A stretch of 64,000 nucleotides of DNA from Candidatus Saccharimonadales bacterium (GCA_035480235.1 DATIHX010000003.1:21514-85513), one strand, 5' to 3'; numbered from the stretch's first letter, positions 41,889-51,128 are shown. Numbers and translations: made by a program. The notes: generated by a model not told the origin, from the letters alone.

Positions 41889-44287
41889 GCTTCTACCTTA
41901 GGCGGGGGGACGTTTTGGACATGGTCAGCCGGACCACCACCGATAGCCGGCATCTGGTACATTGCTTTTACTAAGTTGCTTTTTTCTTTTTGGTTCATAC
42001 TTTCTATCTTTTTGCCAAGGTCATCCCAATTGGTGGTGGCCGCCGAAATTGTTTGCTCATTTCCGCTGCCATCAAGGTATTTCAGTTCTTGCTTGCCTTG
42101 TTTCACTAAAACCTTTAGCAGGGACTCGATTGAGCCGTTGTAGTTTGGGTTACGGCTACTGCCCAACCAAAACTTAGCGGTATGCATAAATAGCTCAAAA
42201 TCTCTTTGTACTTTAGTGTCTAGGCCAACGGATCGGCCACTAGTAAGCTTTTGCAAGCTAATCGGGTCAATTTTGACAAAGAAGTCTTTATTTTCACGCT
42301 CAAGCTGAGTGATGGAACCGAACTTACGCATTCCTTCTGATTGACCTTCAACACCAGCGTTATAGGCGACGGCTTGCTTCTTCATCTCAGCATCAAAAAG
42401 CTTGCCAGCAACAGAGCCTGAAGCCATGGCCGCCGCCGCCGCACTAATATCAGCATATCCAGCCAAATCGCCATGAGCACCTTTTGCTTCTTGAAATTGG
42501 TCGGCGATCGTCTGTAAATCCGAGGCCGTTTCTTCTCGCAGCTCTTGGAGCGAAGCCTGAACTTGCCAGAAAGCGGGGTTATTGACTCCCAGTCGTGCCC
42601 CTTCGGTTGTTTCTAGGTCGTCAATTTCATCTAACTGCTTGCCGAGATCGTTGTAATCCTTGACTCGCTTCAACACATTAAGCCGCTCGTTGCTGTGATT
42701 ACCAACGATAATACTCTCCTCGGTTTTAAGAGCCTCAGCGTGGGCACCCTCTTCAGAGCTTTCTTTAGCGAAGGCCGCCACAATTCTATTAAGCTCTGGG
42801 TTTTTGAGATTATCGTTAGCGTCTTTTTCGCTGGCTTGAGCTAATAGCCGTAACCGCTCATCATTTTGCTTTTTGCTTTTGCGCTTTTCGGCGGTCGTTT
42901 TTTCGATGTCGCTCATATTAAGACGATTGGCTAATTCTTGGCTAAATGCCTGCGTTGAGCGGTCTGCTTTCATTAAGCCTTCGGCGTTACCGGCGATAGC
43001 CTCATCGTAGCCAAGTTGCCCCTCTCGTAATCCAGCTCGTCCTCCCCGAGCTCGCGTGCCGGCATTTTTGCGGCGGATAGCCAAGTCTTTTTCAAAGTTT
43101 TCTTTACGGAGTTTGTTCCACTCTTGAACTCGGTAAACGCCCGGAATGCGCGCTAAGGCTGCTTTGCCGGTGTTACTGGCCTGTTCGCCAGCAAACTTTT
43201 TAGCGGCGTTGAGGCCGGTGTACTTTTGGAAGCCTTTGGAAACCCTATCAATCACGGCGCCGCCCATTTTGCTTGGTAAGGTCAGGGCCATAAAGAAGAG
43301 CACGTACATTATCAGGACGCTGGCGAAACTTTGGTTGATGGCCGAGGCGTTACCGATGACCAGCATCAACCAGAAGACGGCGCTCATCGCCGGCAGAATA
43401 AACAGCCACTTAATAAATTGCTGCCACCACTGCTTAAAATATTTCTCAAAACCGGGGATACCGTAGGCGATGAAGGCTAACGGCGCCAAAATGGTTAGTA
43501 AGTAAATCGCCACCAACCGAAAATAAAAGAGAAACGATAGCCAGAGCACCAAGATTAAGGCGATCAGTACAAAAATTAGCGCCAAAATCGGCGAAGCGAT
43601 GAAACTCAAACCACCGAGCGTCCCCAGGGTTTTCAAGGTGGTAATACCCAGCCGGCCCAGGACGTCGGCAAAAAAGGCGGCAAACGAGGTGTAGCCCGCG
43701 GCGTTCCCGGCTTTCAGGCCCACGAAAAAGTACGTCGCTACCGAGCTAATATCGGCCATATACTTGACGATTAAGAAGCTAGCGTTGGCTAAAATTACCC
43801 CAATCACCAGGTTGGGCAGGGCTTTTTTGATGGTGTAGGTGTCGATATTGATGCGCAGGATGTTGCTGAAAGAAATCACCAGGAGGGCGATAATCAGCAA
43901 GATATTTATGGCGCCGCGAACTACTCGCCAAGAAATGTACACAAAGCCGTCCGGGTTGCTTAATAGCTGAACCAGCGAGCAGCCTACCTGCGAGGCGCCG
44001 GTGTTATTGGAATTGGGGCAAGTGAAGCCGGGAGCGCCGGGGCTAATTATTGGGCTGGCGCCTCCGATAACACCTGAACCAATATTGCCGCCGGTATTTG
44101 TGTCGGCACCGACACCGCTAGTCACCCCTGAACCGACGCTGCCGCCGGCGCCGCCAGTAACAACACCAGCCCCGCCCGTGACACCAGAACCAAGGCCACT
44201 ACCGGCAGAAGTTTGAGCGCGAGCAGCAGGCACTAAAATTACTAAAAGACTGACCAAAAAACCCAGGAGGATCAAAGCCTTCTTCAT
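41885..44287 (-). CDS. VirB6/TrbL-like polytopic membrane protein with a Gly-rich N-terminus and a roughly 420-aa hydrophilic C-terminal domain
   Basis: Signal peptide, GSG-rich repeats, then about 6-7 TM helices (residues roughly 110-380) and a charged coiled-coil-like tail. Its position next to virB4 and prgI supports the call. Confidence 0.6.
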   Translation of the reverse strand: MKKALILLGFLVSLLVILVPAARAQTSAGSGLGSGVTGGAGVVTGGAGGSVGSGVTSGVGADTNTGGNIGSGVIGGASPIISPGAPGFTCPNSNNTGASQVGCSLVQLLSNPDGFVYISWRVVRGAINILLIIALLVISFSNILRINIDTYTIKKALPNLVIGVILANASFLIVKYMADISSVATYFFVGLKAGNAAGYTSFAAFFADVLGRLGITTLKTLGTLGGLSFIASPILALIFVLIALILVLWLSFLFYFRLVAIYLLTILAPLAFIAYGIPGFEKYFKQWWQQFIKWLFILPAMSAVFWLMLVIGNASAINQSFASVLIMYVLFFMALTLPSKMGGAVIDRVSKGFQKYTGLNAAKKFAGEQASNTGKAALARIPGVYRVQEWNKLRKENFEKDLAIRRKNAGTRARGGRAGLREGQLGYDEAIAGNAEGLMKADRSTQAFSQELANRLNMSDIEKTTAEKRKSKKQNDERLRLLAQASEKDANDNLKNPELNRIVAAFAKESSEEGAHAEALKTEESIIVGNHSNERLNVLKRVKDYNDLGKQLDEIDDLETTEGARLGVNNPAFWQVQASLQELREETASDLQTIADQFQEAKGAHGDLAGYADISAAAAAMASGSVAGKLFDAEMKKQAVAYNAGVEGQSEGMRKFGSITQLERENKDFFVKIDPISLQKLTSGRSVGLDTKVQRDFELFMHTAKFWLGSSRNPNYNGSIESLLKVLVKQGKQELKYLDGSGNEQTISAATTNWDDLGKKIESMNQKEKSNLVKAMYQMPAIGGGPADHVQNVPPPKVEA

Positions 44288-45858
44288 GAGTGAAAATGAT
44301 TAGGCCAACGAGCAGCGAGGGTATCGGGCGGAGGGGCGTAGGAAACACCGGCCGCACTCGTTACTAGTTGCGCCGCCCAAGTAATCGCCGGCTGAAAAAT
44401 TTCAGTAAAAAGGCAGTCGATTAATTGATTAAAGGCTTTACCTAAATCGCCCTGAAAAATTAAATTAAACCCACAGGTGCCGCCGCCGTTACTAATTACC
44501 TGGTTATTAACCTTAATATTCCAATAAGCCGGCCAACCAGCCTTGCTGGCACAGCTACTAGAAAGGTTTGAAGCGGCTCCTTGATCAACAACCGAGTATT
44601 TTTTCTGAATATCTTGGACCGTCTGGCCATCGGGCTTGTCTTTTGGTGGCCCGGTGGTGTAAACACCGCCGTTTAAACAATTCTGGCTGCCATCTTTTGG
44701 TACATCGAGGACATAACCAAAAATCTCGTTGATACTGCCGGGGCCATCATTTGGAATCGCTAGCCCGCCAATATTTGATCCGCCATTACTACCATTAATA
44801 AGAATGGCGCCACCCGGATAAGTATCGTCTTTGAAGACGCCGGTATAGACGCTGGCTTGATCGGTATCGTAAATCAGGTCAAAACAGTCAAAGCTTACAC
44901 TACTACTGGTGCCGCCATTCTTAGCCGAGCAGTCGTTAACCAACAAGTAGAAGTTACTAACAATTTGCGGATTTTTTCCATTACTATCGACTTGATAGGC
45001 TTGAAATATTAACCACTTAACAGTTTTGAATGTAGCCGAGAAACTGGCCGCGACAAGCTTGAAAATTAACGGCGGGCGGCCACTGTCTTTATCGGCGGGA
45101 ACAAAGTTCTTGCCAACAGGTGCAGCGTACGGCGGGTTATTTGGCTGACTTTGATCGGGGATTACTATCCGCAAATTTTTATCGTCGCCGGTAAAAGCAT
45201 CGGTCCATTTCTTGATGTCATCGCCACTTATCGGAGCGGTACTGTTGGGCTGACCATAGTTAGTTACTGGCCGTTCCGGACCACGTGTGAGGCCAGCGAC
45301 CGGGTCTAGGTCGGTGCCGGGGCCGTTACCGTGGGCGGTTTCCCCGCTGCTGCCAAAATGGTCGTATAGGGTGATGGCGTAGCCCTTGAAACTGTTGGCT
45401 TGGCCGACAATAAAACCGTAGCCGGGCGCTGACGGGTTGCTGTAATCATAGGAAATGCTCTCGTTAGCGGCATTAGTAACGGTGATTTTGGAGCTGCCGG
45501 AAAGGGTGACGTGAGCGTTGGCGTTGTCGGTTGACGCCCCCACATTAGAAAAGCTGACGGAACTAATTCCCCAGCGATCTAAATTGCCGGCCGAACCAAC
45601 TTTGTTCAGTGAGATAGAGAGTGTAAATGAGCCTAAGTTATCGTTTTTTAATCCATTTTCGTTAGCCTCCAACCGCCCACTATAAATAATAGTGTTGTCG
45701 TCCGTACGGTTGGCAGAGGGGGTATTAATTGGGGTGAAGAAGTAATCGCCGTGGGCATAAGCTTTTTGAGCCGGCAAAAAAATCGACCAGCTAACCTGAA
45801 GAATAACGGTTAAGGCCACGACAAAACTGGCAAATCTTAGGTAGCCCCCTTTGCGCAT
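44284..45858 (-). CDS. Secreted/membrane-anchored hypothetical protein (first gene of the T4SS-like operon)
   Basis: ATG at 45858 (MRKGGYLRFASFVVALTVILQV...). The ORF track extends to a TTG at 45912. The rest is beta-rich and Cys-containing, with no recognised family. Confidence 0.5.
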   Translation of the reverse strand: MRKGGYLRFASFVVALTVILQVSWSIFLPAQKAYAHGDYFFTPINTPSANRTDDNTIIYSGRLEANENGLKNDNLGSFTLSISLNKVGSAGNLDRWGISSVSFSNVGASTDNANAHVTLSGSSKITVTNAANESISYDYSNPSAPGYGFIVGQANSFKGYAITLYDHFGSSGETAHGNGPGTDLDPVAGLTRGPERPVTNYGQPNSTAPISGDDIKKWTDAFTGDDKNLRIVIPDQSQPNNPPYAAPVGKNFVPADKDSGRPPLIFKLVAASFSATFKTVKWLIFQAYQVDSNGKNPQIVSNFYLLVNDCSAKNGGTSSSVSFDCFDLIYDTDQASVYTGVFKDDTYPGGAILINGSNGGSNIGGLAIPNDGPGSINEIFGYVLDVPKDGSQNCLNGGVYTTGPPKDKPDGQTVQDIQKKYSVVDQGAASNLSSSCASKAGWPAYWNIKVNNQVISNGGGTCGFNLIFQGDLGKAFNQLIDCLFTEIFQPAITWAAQLVTSAAGVSYAPPPDTLAARWPNHFHS

Positions 45859-46006
45859 ACTTTCAGCATACCAGTCGGCGGCGGGGTCGCAATTCCGTTC
45901 AGGTTGACGCAAAACAGCAACGATTTTTTGGCCCTAAAACTAGTGACAAATCGGTGAATTTGTGGTATGGTTGGGGCAATCCAAATTTGTCGGGAGGAAC
46001 GTTAAC

Positions 46007-46666
46007 ATGATTACTACTCAGAAGCCTCGATCAACCTTTAACGCTGTGGCAGGAGGGGCGGTAGTTGGCCTACTCATCCTTCTCGCCTTTGTGAGTATGA
46101 AGGGTACGGCCATGAGGATGGCGGCCGCCAGTCCATACGACCAACCCGAGACTAGCTCGGCACCATTGCCGGCCTCCACCGTGACGTCGGCGGGCACCAC
46201 AACAGGCGGCGCAGCAGCTCAGGTGAGCCTACCTTCCAACCTGCAATTCAGGCCAGAAGGATCAACCCTTCTCGATACCAGTGCGTGGAGTCGGGGCGTC
46301 AACATGGTCGCCTATGGTGGCACAAAGGCTCAACGAAACAACGCCTACAACCAGAATTTCGAAAGTTACTGTTTTGCTGCCGATGGAACGTTTTGGGACG
46401 AGGGCAGATACCTCGACGTCAAAACATCGGGGCAAGGCTTCTATCGAGTTGATGGAAATGTTGTTAAGCTGTTCTTCACTGAGCACTCAACGGGAGACAG
46501 CCCGGACAGCTGGACGCAATATCAGGAGACGAGACTGTATCCGCTCGGCAACGGCTTTACGGCTTTTGACCTTGGGAATACGACGTTCTGCAAGGGGATG
46601 TCGTGGAACCAGCAACATGCTTGTTACCAAAACGATCGCGGCGAGTTATTCGGTCAGACCGATTAG
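46007..46666 (+). CDS. Membrane-anchored/secreted hypothetical protein
   Basis: ATG at 46007 preceded by GGGAGG. One TM helix (AVAGGAVVGLLILLAFVSM). Terminator downstream. Confidence 0.55.
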   Translation: MITTQKPRSTFNAVAGGAVVGLLILLAFVSMKGTAMRMAAASPYDQPETSSAPLPASTVTSAGTTTGGAAAQVSLPSNLQFRPEGSTLLDTSAWSRGVNMVAYGGTKAQRNNAYNQNFESYCFAADGTFWDEGRYLDVKTSGQGFYRVDGNVVKLFFTEHSTGDSPDSWTQYQETRLYPLGNGFTAFDLGNTTFCKGMSWNQQHACYQNDRGELFGQTD

Positions 46667-46686
46667 CTCTAGTGATCATCGACCCA

Positions 46687-46716
46687 GCGGGTTGGAAATC
46701 TCCAACCCGCTTTTTT
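46687..46716 (+). terminator. Rho-independent terminator
   Basis: GCGGGTTGGA (46687..46696), AATC loop, TCCAACCCGC (46701..46710), then TTTTTT. Confidence 0.85.
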
Positions 46717-46810
46717 GATACTTTAGTTTAAGAGCAGTATGACTTGTAGGTCATAACGTGATTTGAATCGAATCGTAGCACGTCACCTATACCGTATGTG
46801 GTTTAGGCTT

Positions 46811-47200
46811 TTACCGCAGTTGCCCGAGCGGCGACGTTGGGTCGATTTTTTGGTCGAGCAGCGGATTCAGCTGTAAGGCCTTGGCTTTTAGTTCGCTGTG
46901 ATAGGCACTAGCCAGGTAGACGGCGTCAGGGTTGGTTGGGGCCAAGGCGTAAGCTTTTTCGACCACTGGCCGCACTAATTCGGGCCGGATTTTGTTGAGG
47001 CGTTTGGCCAGGCTGATCAGGCGCGGCCCGTCGGTTTGGGTGGCTAGGAACGTTTTTAAATCGGCCTGCGTGGCGGCTAAGCTTTTGGTGGTATTGGCGG
47101 CCGCTTGCGCCTGGAAGTCATTCTTTTCCCAATTCCAGAAAGCCAGTAACCCGAGAACAACAATAGCAGCCGGTAAGTAGAGCCAAAAGCGGTTACGCAT
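46811..47200 (-). CDS. Membrane-anchored hypothetical protein
   Basis: 129 aa with an N-terminal TM helix. Overlaps the valS stop by 8 nt. Confidence 0.45.
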   Translation of the reverse strand: MRNRFWLYLPAAIVVLGLLAFWNWEKNDFQAQAAANTTKSLAATQADLKTFLATQTDGPRLISLAKRLNKIRPELVRPVVEKAYALAPTNPDAVYLASAYHSELKAKALQLNPLLDQKIDPTSPLGQLR

Positions 47201-49325
47201 CGAACATCGTTTGGTTAATTTCAGTGACTAAAAACGGTGCGAAGTCGGAGAGGAGCACCAGGAGGCGCTTCAAGCTATCTTGGAGGACGGCTTCGGCTTG
47301 GGCTTTCCGGGTTTCATCGGCCGATTCCAGCAGCACCTTTTTCTCGTATTCCAACAGCTGATCGGCGAAGTCGTGCCAGAAAAATTCGTAGAGTTCCTCA
47401 AGGGCCAAGCCGAGTTTGTAGGTTTTGAAATCTTTGTGATTACTTTCTTCAAGCCTGCTTAATTTTTCCAAGAATTTTTTCTCTGTTTCATCTAGTTGTT
47501 TCGGATTTGGGATTTGGGATTTAGAATTTCCCGTTGAGGCTACGAAACGGGCGGCATTCCAAATTTTTGTCACAAAATTCCGGTATTTGAGCAATTTTGT
47601 CTCGGTATAGCGTTGCGGCAGCCCCGGGCTGTTGCCGCCGATTAAGCTCATCCGCAGGGCGTCGGAGCCGTATTTATCAATTAAAGCTAACGGATCCATC
47701 GTGTTGCCTTTGCTCTTGCTCATTTTTTTGCCTTGATCGTCCAGGATTAGGCCGTGGAAAAGTACCTCTTTGAACGGGATTTCGCCGGTTAGAGCTTGGC
47801 TCATCATGATCATTCGGGCGACCCAAAAAAAGAGAATATCTTGGCCCGTTTCGAGAAAACTCGTCGGATAGTATTCTTTCAGGTCGGGAGCAGTTTTATC
47901 CGGCCAGCCTAAAGTGGCGAGCGGCCACAAGCCGGCCGAAAACCAGGTGTCGAGCGTGTCCGGGTCTTGTTCCATCGCGCACTCGCCGCAGATCGGGCAA
48001 ACTTTTGGTTTTTCCAAAGCAACGATAAATCCTTCATTATTTTTGGGATTTGATTTTTGGGATTTGGTTTTTGCTGACCAGTTCTGGCAGTGCCAGACTG
48101 GCAGCTCGTGTCCCCACCAGAGTTGGCGCGAGATACACCAGTCATGGAGGTTGTTGAGCCAATGGAAATACACTTTCTCCACATTTTTTGGCGTGAATTT
48201 TATATCACCCAATTTAACGGCTTTCAGGGCAGCGTCTTTGAGCTCGGTCGTTTTCATGAACCACTGGGTGGAAATCAGCGGTTCGATAATGGCGCCGGAG
48301 CGCTCCGAAATCGCTACCCGGGCGTTGTAGTCGGTGACTTTTTCTACTAAACCTAATTCCTCGAGCTTTTTGACGATTGGCTCGCGGGCCTCAAGCGCCT
48401 TTAACCCAGCCCACTCGCCAGCTAAGTCGGTCAGCTTGCCGTATTTATCGATCGTTTGAACGACAGGCAGGTTGTGGCGCTGCCCGGCCTCAAAGTCGTT
48501 TTTATCGTGAGCGGGGGTAATTTTAACGGCGCCGGTGCCGAATTCTGGGTCCACAAACTCGTCAGCGATCACGGGTAACTTTTTCTTCTGACCAGTTGCC
48601 AAAACGATTTCAACTTCCTGGCCGACGTATTTTTCGTAGCGCTTATCTTTCGGGTTGACCGCAATGGCGACGTCGCCGAACTGGGTTTCCGGGCGGCTGG
48701 TGGCGACGGTCAGCGGACCGTATTTTAGCCAATACAACTTGGCTGGCCGGTCTTCGTTCAAAACCTCGTCGTCGGAGATGGCGGTTTGCAGTTTTGGGTC
48801 CCAGTTGACCAAGTATTCGCCGCGGTAAATCAGTTTTTTCTCGTACAGCTCCACAAAAGCAGTTTTAACGGCTAGCTGCGAATGCTCGTCCATCGTGAAG
48901 CGGAAATGCCCCCAGTCGGCCGAGAGGCCGAAGCGCTTCAGCGACTCTTTAACCCGTGGCAGATAATGGGCGGTCCAATCCTGAACTTCTTCAAGAAATT
49001 TCTCGCGGCCGAGTTGCGTTCGTGATAAGCCCTTTTCTTTCTGGATTTTCTTTTCCACCAACGCTTGAACGGCAATGGCGGCGTGGTCAGCGCCTGGTAC
49101 CATTAGCACTTTTTTGCCGTGCCGGCGGGCGTGGCGCGCCACGGTATCTTGCAAGCCGTAGGTTAGAGCGTGACCCAGGTGTAAATCACCCGTGACGTTC
49201 GGCGGCGGTATGATAATTGAAAACGGTTCGCCGCTGCCCTTGGGCTTAAATTCGCCAGCCTTTTCCCATTTTTGGTAAATCTCAGCTTCTTTGGTGTGAT
49301 CAAAGCGGGTAGGTATTTCGGTCAT
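47193..49325 (-). CDS. valS: Valyl-tRNA synthetase (short form, 710 aa)
   Basis: Class I motifs HLGHALTYGLQD and KMSKSKGN. Editing-domain motifs TSRPETQFGDVAIAV and GTGAVKITPAHDKNDFE. Confidence 0.85.
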   Translation of the reverse strand: MTEIPTRFDHTKEAEIYQKWEKAGEFKPKGSGEPFSIIIPPPNVTGDLHLGHALTYGLQDTVARHARRHGKKVLMVPGADHAAIAVQALVEKKIQKEKGLSRTQLGREKFLEEVQDWTAHYLPRVKESLKRFGLSADWGHFRFTMDEHSQLAVKTAFVELYEKKLIYRGEYLVNWDPKLQTAISDDEVLNEDRPAKLYWLKYGPLTVATSRPETQFGDVAIAVNPKDKRYEKYVGQEVEIVLATGQKKKLPVIADEFVDPEFGTGAVKITPAHDKNDFEAGQRHNLPVVQTIDKYGKLTDLAGEWAGLKALEAREPIVKKLEELGLVEKVTDYNARVAISERSGAIIEPLISTQWFMKTTELKDAALKAVKLGDIKFTPKNVEKVYFHWLNNLHDWCISRQLWWGHELPVWHCQNWSAKTKSQKSNPKNNEGFIVALEKPKVCPICGECAMEQDPDTLDTWFSAGLWPLATLGWPDKTAPDLKEYYPTSFLETGQDILFFWVARMIMMSQALTGEIPFKEVLFHGLILDDQGKKMSKSKGNTMDPLALIDKYGSDALRMSLIGGNSPGLPQRYTETKLLKYRNFVTKIWNAARFVASTGNSKSQIPNPKQLDETEKKFLEKLSRLEESNHKDFKTYKLGLALEELYEFFWHDFADQLLEYEKKVLLESADETRKAQAEAVLQDSLKRLLVLLSDFAPFLVTEINQTMFDA
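47504..47533. repeat. Element-arm-like tract inside valS, in frame (encodes SKSQIPNPK)
   Basis: GTTTCGGATTTGGGATTTGGGATTTAGAATTTCCCG is collinear with GTTTCGGATTTCGAGCTTAGGACTTAGGGTTTCCCG at 25516..25550. Confidence 0.75.
48040..48074. repeat. Second GGGATTT-type tract inside valS, in frame (encodes KTKSQKSNPKN)
   Basis: TTTTTGGGATTTGATTTTTGGGATTTGGTTTTTGC, located within the Cys-rich insertion WHCQ...CPICGEC. Confidence 0.65.
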
Positions 49326-49386
49326 CTAGGTTTTATTCTATCTGGTTTGGCGGTTTTTTTGAACCCACAAAAACCAGCTGAATCAA

Positions 49387-49415
49387 TTGACTTTTAGCCC
49401 GATTGCTGGTAATAT
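49387..49415 (+). promoter_or_regulatory. Sigma-70-type promoter (TTGACT, 17-nt spacer, TAATAT)
   Basis: TTGACTTTTAGCCCGATTGCTGGTAATAT. Closely resembles the promoter at 53789. Confidence 0.6.
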
Positions 49416-49422
49416 TACTCCC

Positions 49423-50052
49423 GTGAATAGTACCTCACAATCCGAAGCCGCTCTTGCTTCAGTAGAGCTCAATCGTCAATCGACTAACGATACGGAACGG
49501 TACGACAGCCGCTTTCATTCATTGGTCATACAACTTGTTCCGCCAAAACGAGAATGCTTGATGGAGGTGGTCGGCTGGTGTCTGTTTGAAGACGCGCAGC
49601 AGAATGAGATCCGACCAACGGTCGGACGACTTCTCCCTAATCCGCTTCCAATTAGCATAATGGAGTGTGGATCAAGCCTTACATTCCGGGATGAGGAGAT
49701 GCACTGGAATCGAGGGCTGGCGAAGCTTGGTAACGAGGATCAGGGAGAGATTCGGGCTGTTCAGCTATTGTTGAGCTTCCTTGAATCGCTCAAGAAAAGC
49801 CCTGGCCGGGCCCGCCCACTTTATTTGGGCGGCCAAAAGCTGAAAGTCACCTCGGTCTATCAGTTTTCCCACTACCAAGGGCATCGATGGTTTTACATTG
49901 TTGTCCCAGACTGGGAAAACGAAGACTGGGTGGACTACGTCCAAGCTTTAACGACGTTTCAAAACGAAGCACTCCTGACCCGCATCCGTGGCCTAAGTGG
50001 CCGAATGCTGACAGGGATTCGTAACGACCTAAAGCCGCCTGCCAGGCAGTAG
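49423..50052 (+). CDS. Hypothetical protein (start uncertain, possibly leaderless GTG)
   Basis: The TTG start in the ORF track is actually the -35 box. GTG at 49423 lies 7 nt after the -10. An in-frame ATG further downstream (MEVVGW...) is an alternative. Terminator downstream. Confidence 0.45.
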   Translation: MNSTSQSEAALASVELNRQSTNDTERYDSRFHSLVIQLVPPKRECLMEVVGWCLFEDAQQNEIRPTVGRLLPNPLPISIMECGSSLTFRDEEMHWNRGLAKLGNEDQGEIRAVQLLLSFLESLKKSPGRARPLYLGGQKLKVTSVYQFSHYQGHRWFYIVVPDWENEDWVDYVQALTTFQNEALLTRIRGLSGRMLTGIRNDLKPPARQ

Positions 50053-50061
50053 GCAGTGGCT

Positions 50062-50093
50062 GCCCGTTGAACTTCGGTTCGACGGGCTTTTTT
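50062..50093. terminator. Rho-independent terminator between convergent genes
   Basis: GCCCGTTGAAC (50062..50072), TTCG loop, GTTCGACGGGC (50077..50087), then TTTTTT. Confidence 0.8.
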
Positions 50094-51105
50094 ACAAACC
50101 TAGGTTTGGGTCGGCTTCGACATTCTTCCAATCGTCAGGTTGGCCGAAGCGGTGATGGAATAGGGCAGCAGCACCAACCATAGCCGCGTTGTCGGTGCAA
50201 AATTGTTTCGGAGCGACGATGAACTGGCGGCTCGGCTGGTGAAGATGAACAGCTTTTTCTAATTCTGAGCGAAGTCGGTTGTTAGCAGCGACGCCGCCGA
50301 CGAGGCAAACGGTTTTGACTTCCGGGTGTTGATCTAGGGCAGCAACGGTTTTGCGGCAGATTGTATCGGCCACGGTTTGCTCGAAACTAGCGGCGATGTC
50401 TGCCTTAATATGCTCCGGAATATGAGCTGGCTGCTGCACCACGTGGTAAGCGACAGCGGCTTTCAGGCCGGAGAATGAAAACTCCAGGTTGGTTTTTTCC
50501 GGTAAGCCGATCGGGAACTTGAAGGCTTTCGGGTCGCCGTGCTTGGCCAGCTCGGAAATTGCTGGCCCACCGGGATAACCGAGGCCGAGCAGGCGAGCGA
50601 CTTTGTCGAAGGCTTCGCCGGCGGCGTCGTCGCGGGTTCGGCCAAGGTGTTGGTAGCGGAGGTGCCGCGTCATCAAAACTAGGTCGGTGTGCTTGCCAGA
50701 AACGATCACGACCAATGCCGGCAATTCCGGAACCTCGTCGTTCAGCCAGGCCGAATACGTATGGCCTTCCAGGTGGTTGATAGCGTAAAACGGCAAGTCG
50801 CCGGCCATCGCGATAGTTTTAGCGGCCGCTACGCCAACCAGTAAACAACCGACCAGTCCCGGGCCGGCAGTGACGGCAACAGCGTCGAACTTCAGCTTTT
50901 GTTTTTGGGTCACTTCCTCCAAAACTATCGGTAAGTTCTCCGTATGAAGCCGAGCGGCCAAATTGGGAACGACGCCGCCAAAGCCTGTATGCGCCTTCAT
51001 TTGCGAGCTGACGACGTTACTAATAATTACTGGAACGCCGTTTTTTTCTTCAACGATGGCGGCCGCGGTTTCGTCGCAGGAGGTTTCAATCGCTAATATT
51101 TTCAC
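50092..51105 (-). CDS. tsaD: tRNA N6-adenosine threonylcarbamoyltransferase TsaD
   Basis: MKILAIETSCDETAAAIV...NHLEGH... 337 aa. Confidence 0.9.
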   Translation of the reverse strand: MKILAIETSCDETAAAIVEEKNGVPVIISNVVSSQMKAHTGFGGVVPNLAARLHTENLPIVLEEVTQKQKLKFDAVAVTAGPGLVGCLLVGVAAAKTIAMAGDLPFYAINHLEGHTYSAWLNDEVPELPALVVIVSGKHTDLVLMTRHLRYQHLGRTRDDAAGEAFDKVARLLGLGYPGGPAISELAKHGDPKAFKFPIGLPEKTNLEFSFSGLKAAVAYHVVQQPAHIPEHIKADIAASFEQTVADTICRKTVAALDQHPEVKTVCLVGGVAANNRLRSELEKAVHLHQPSRQFIVAPKQFCTDNAAMVGAAALFHHRFGQPDDWKNVEADPNLGL

Positions 51106-51128
51106 CCCCCTATTTTACCTGAGGTTAA

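Noticed and set aside
30630-45912. Calling the T4SS-like region an integrative conjugative element or prophage.
   Set aside because: No integrase, relaxase, coupling protein, replication or capsid genes are present, and no flanking direct repeats are visible. The region abuts the core origin genes directly, so 'mobile element' is not supported by this window.
49343-49376. Weak hairpin CTGGTTT...AAACCAG upstream of valS, considered as a regulatory element such as a T-box.
   Set aside because: The stem is only 7 bp with a 20-nt loop. The 61-nt leader is far too short for a T-box, and no specifier or antiterminator features are visible.
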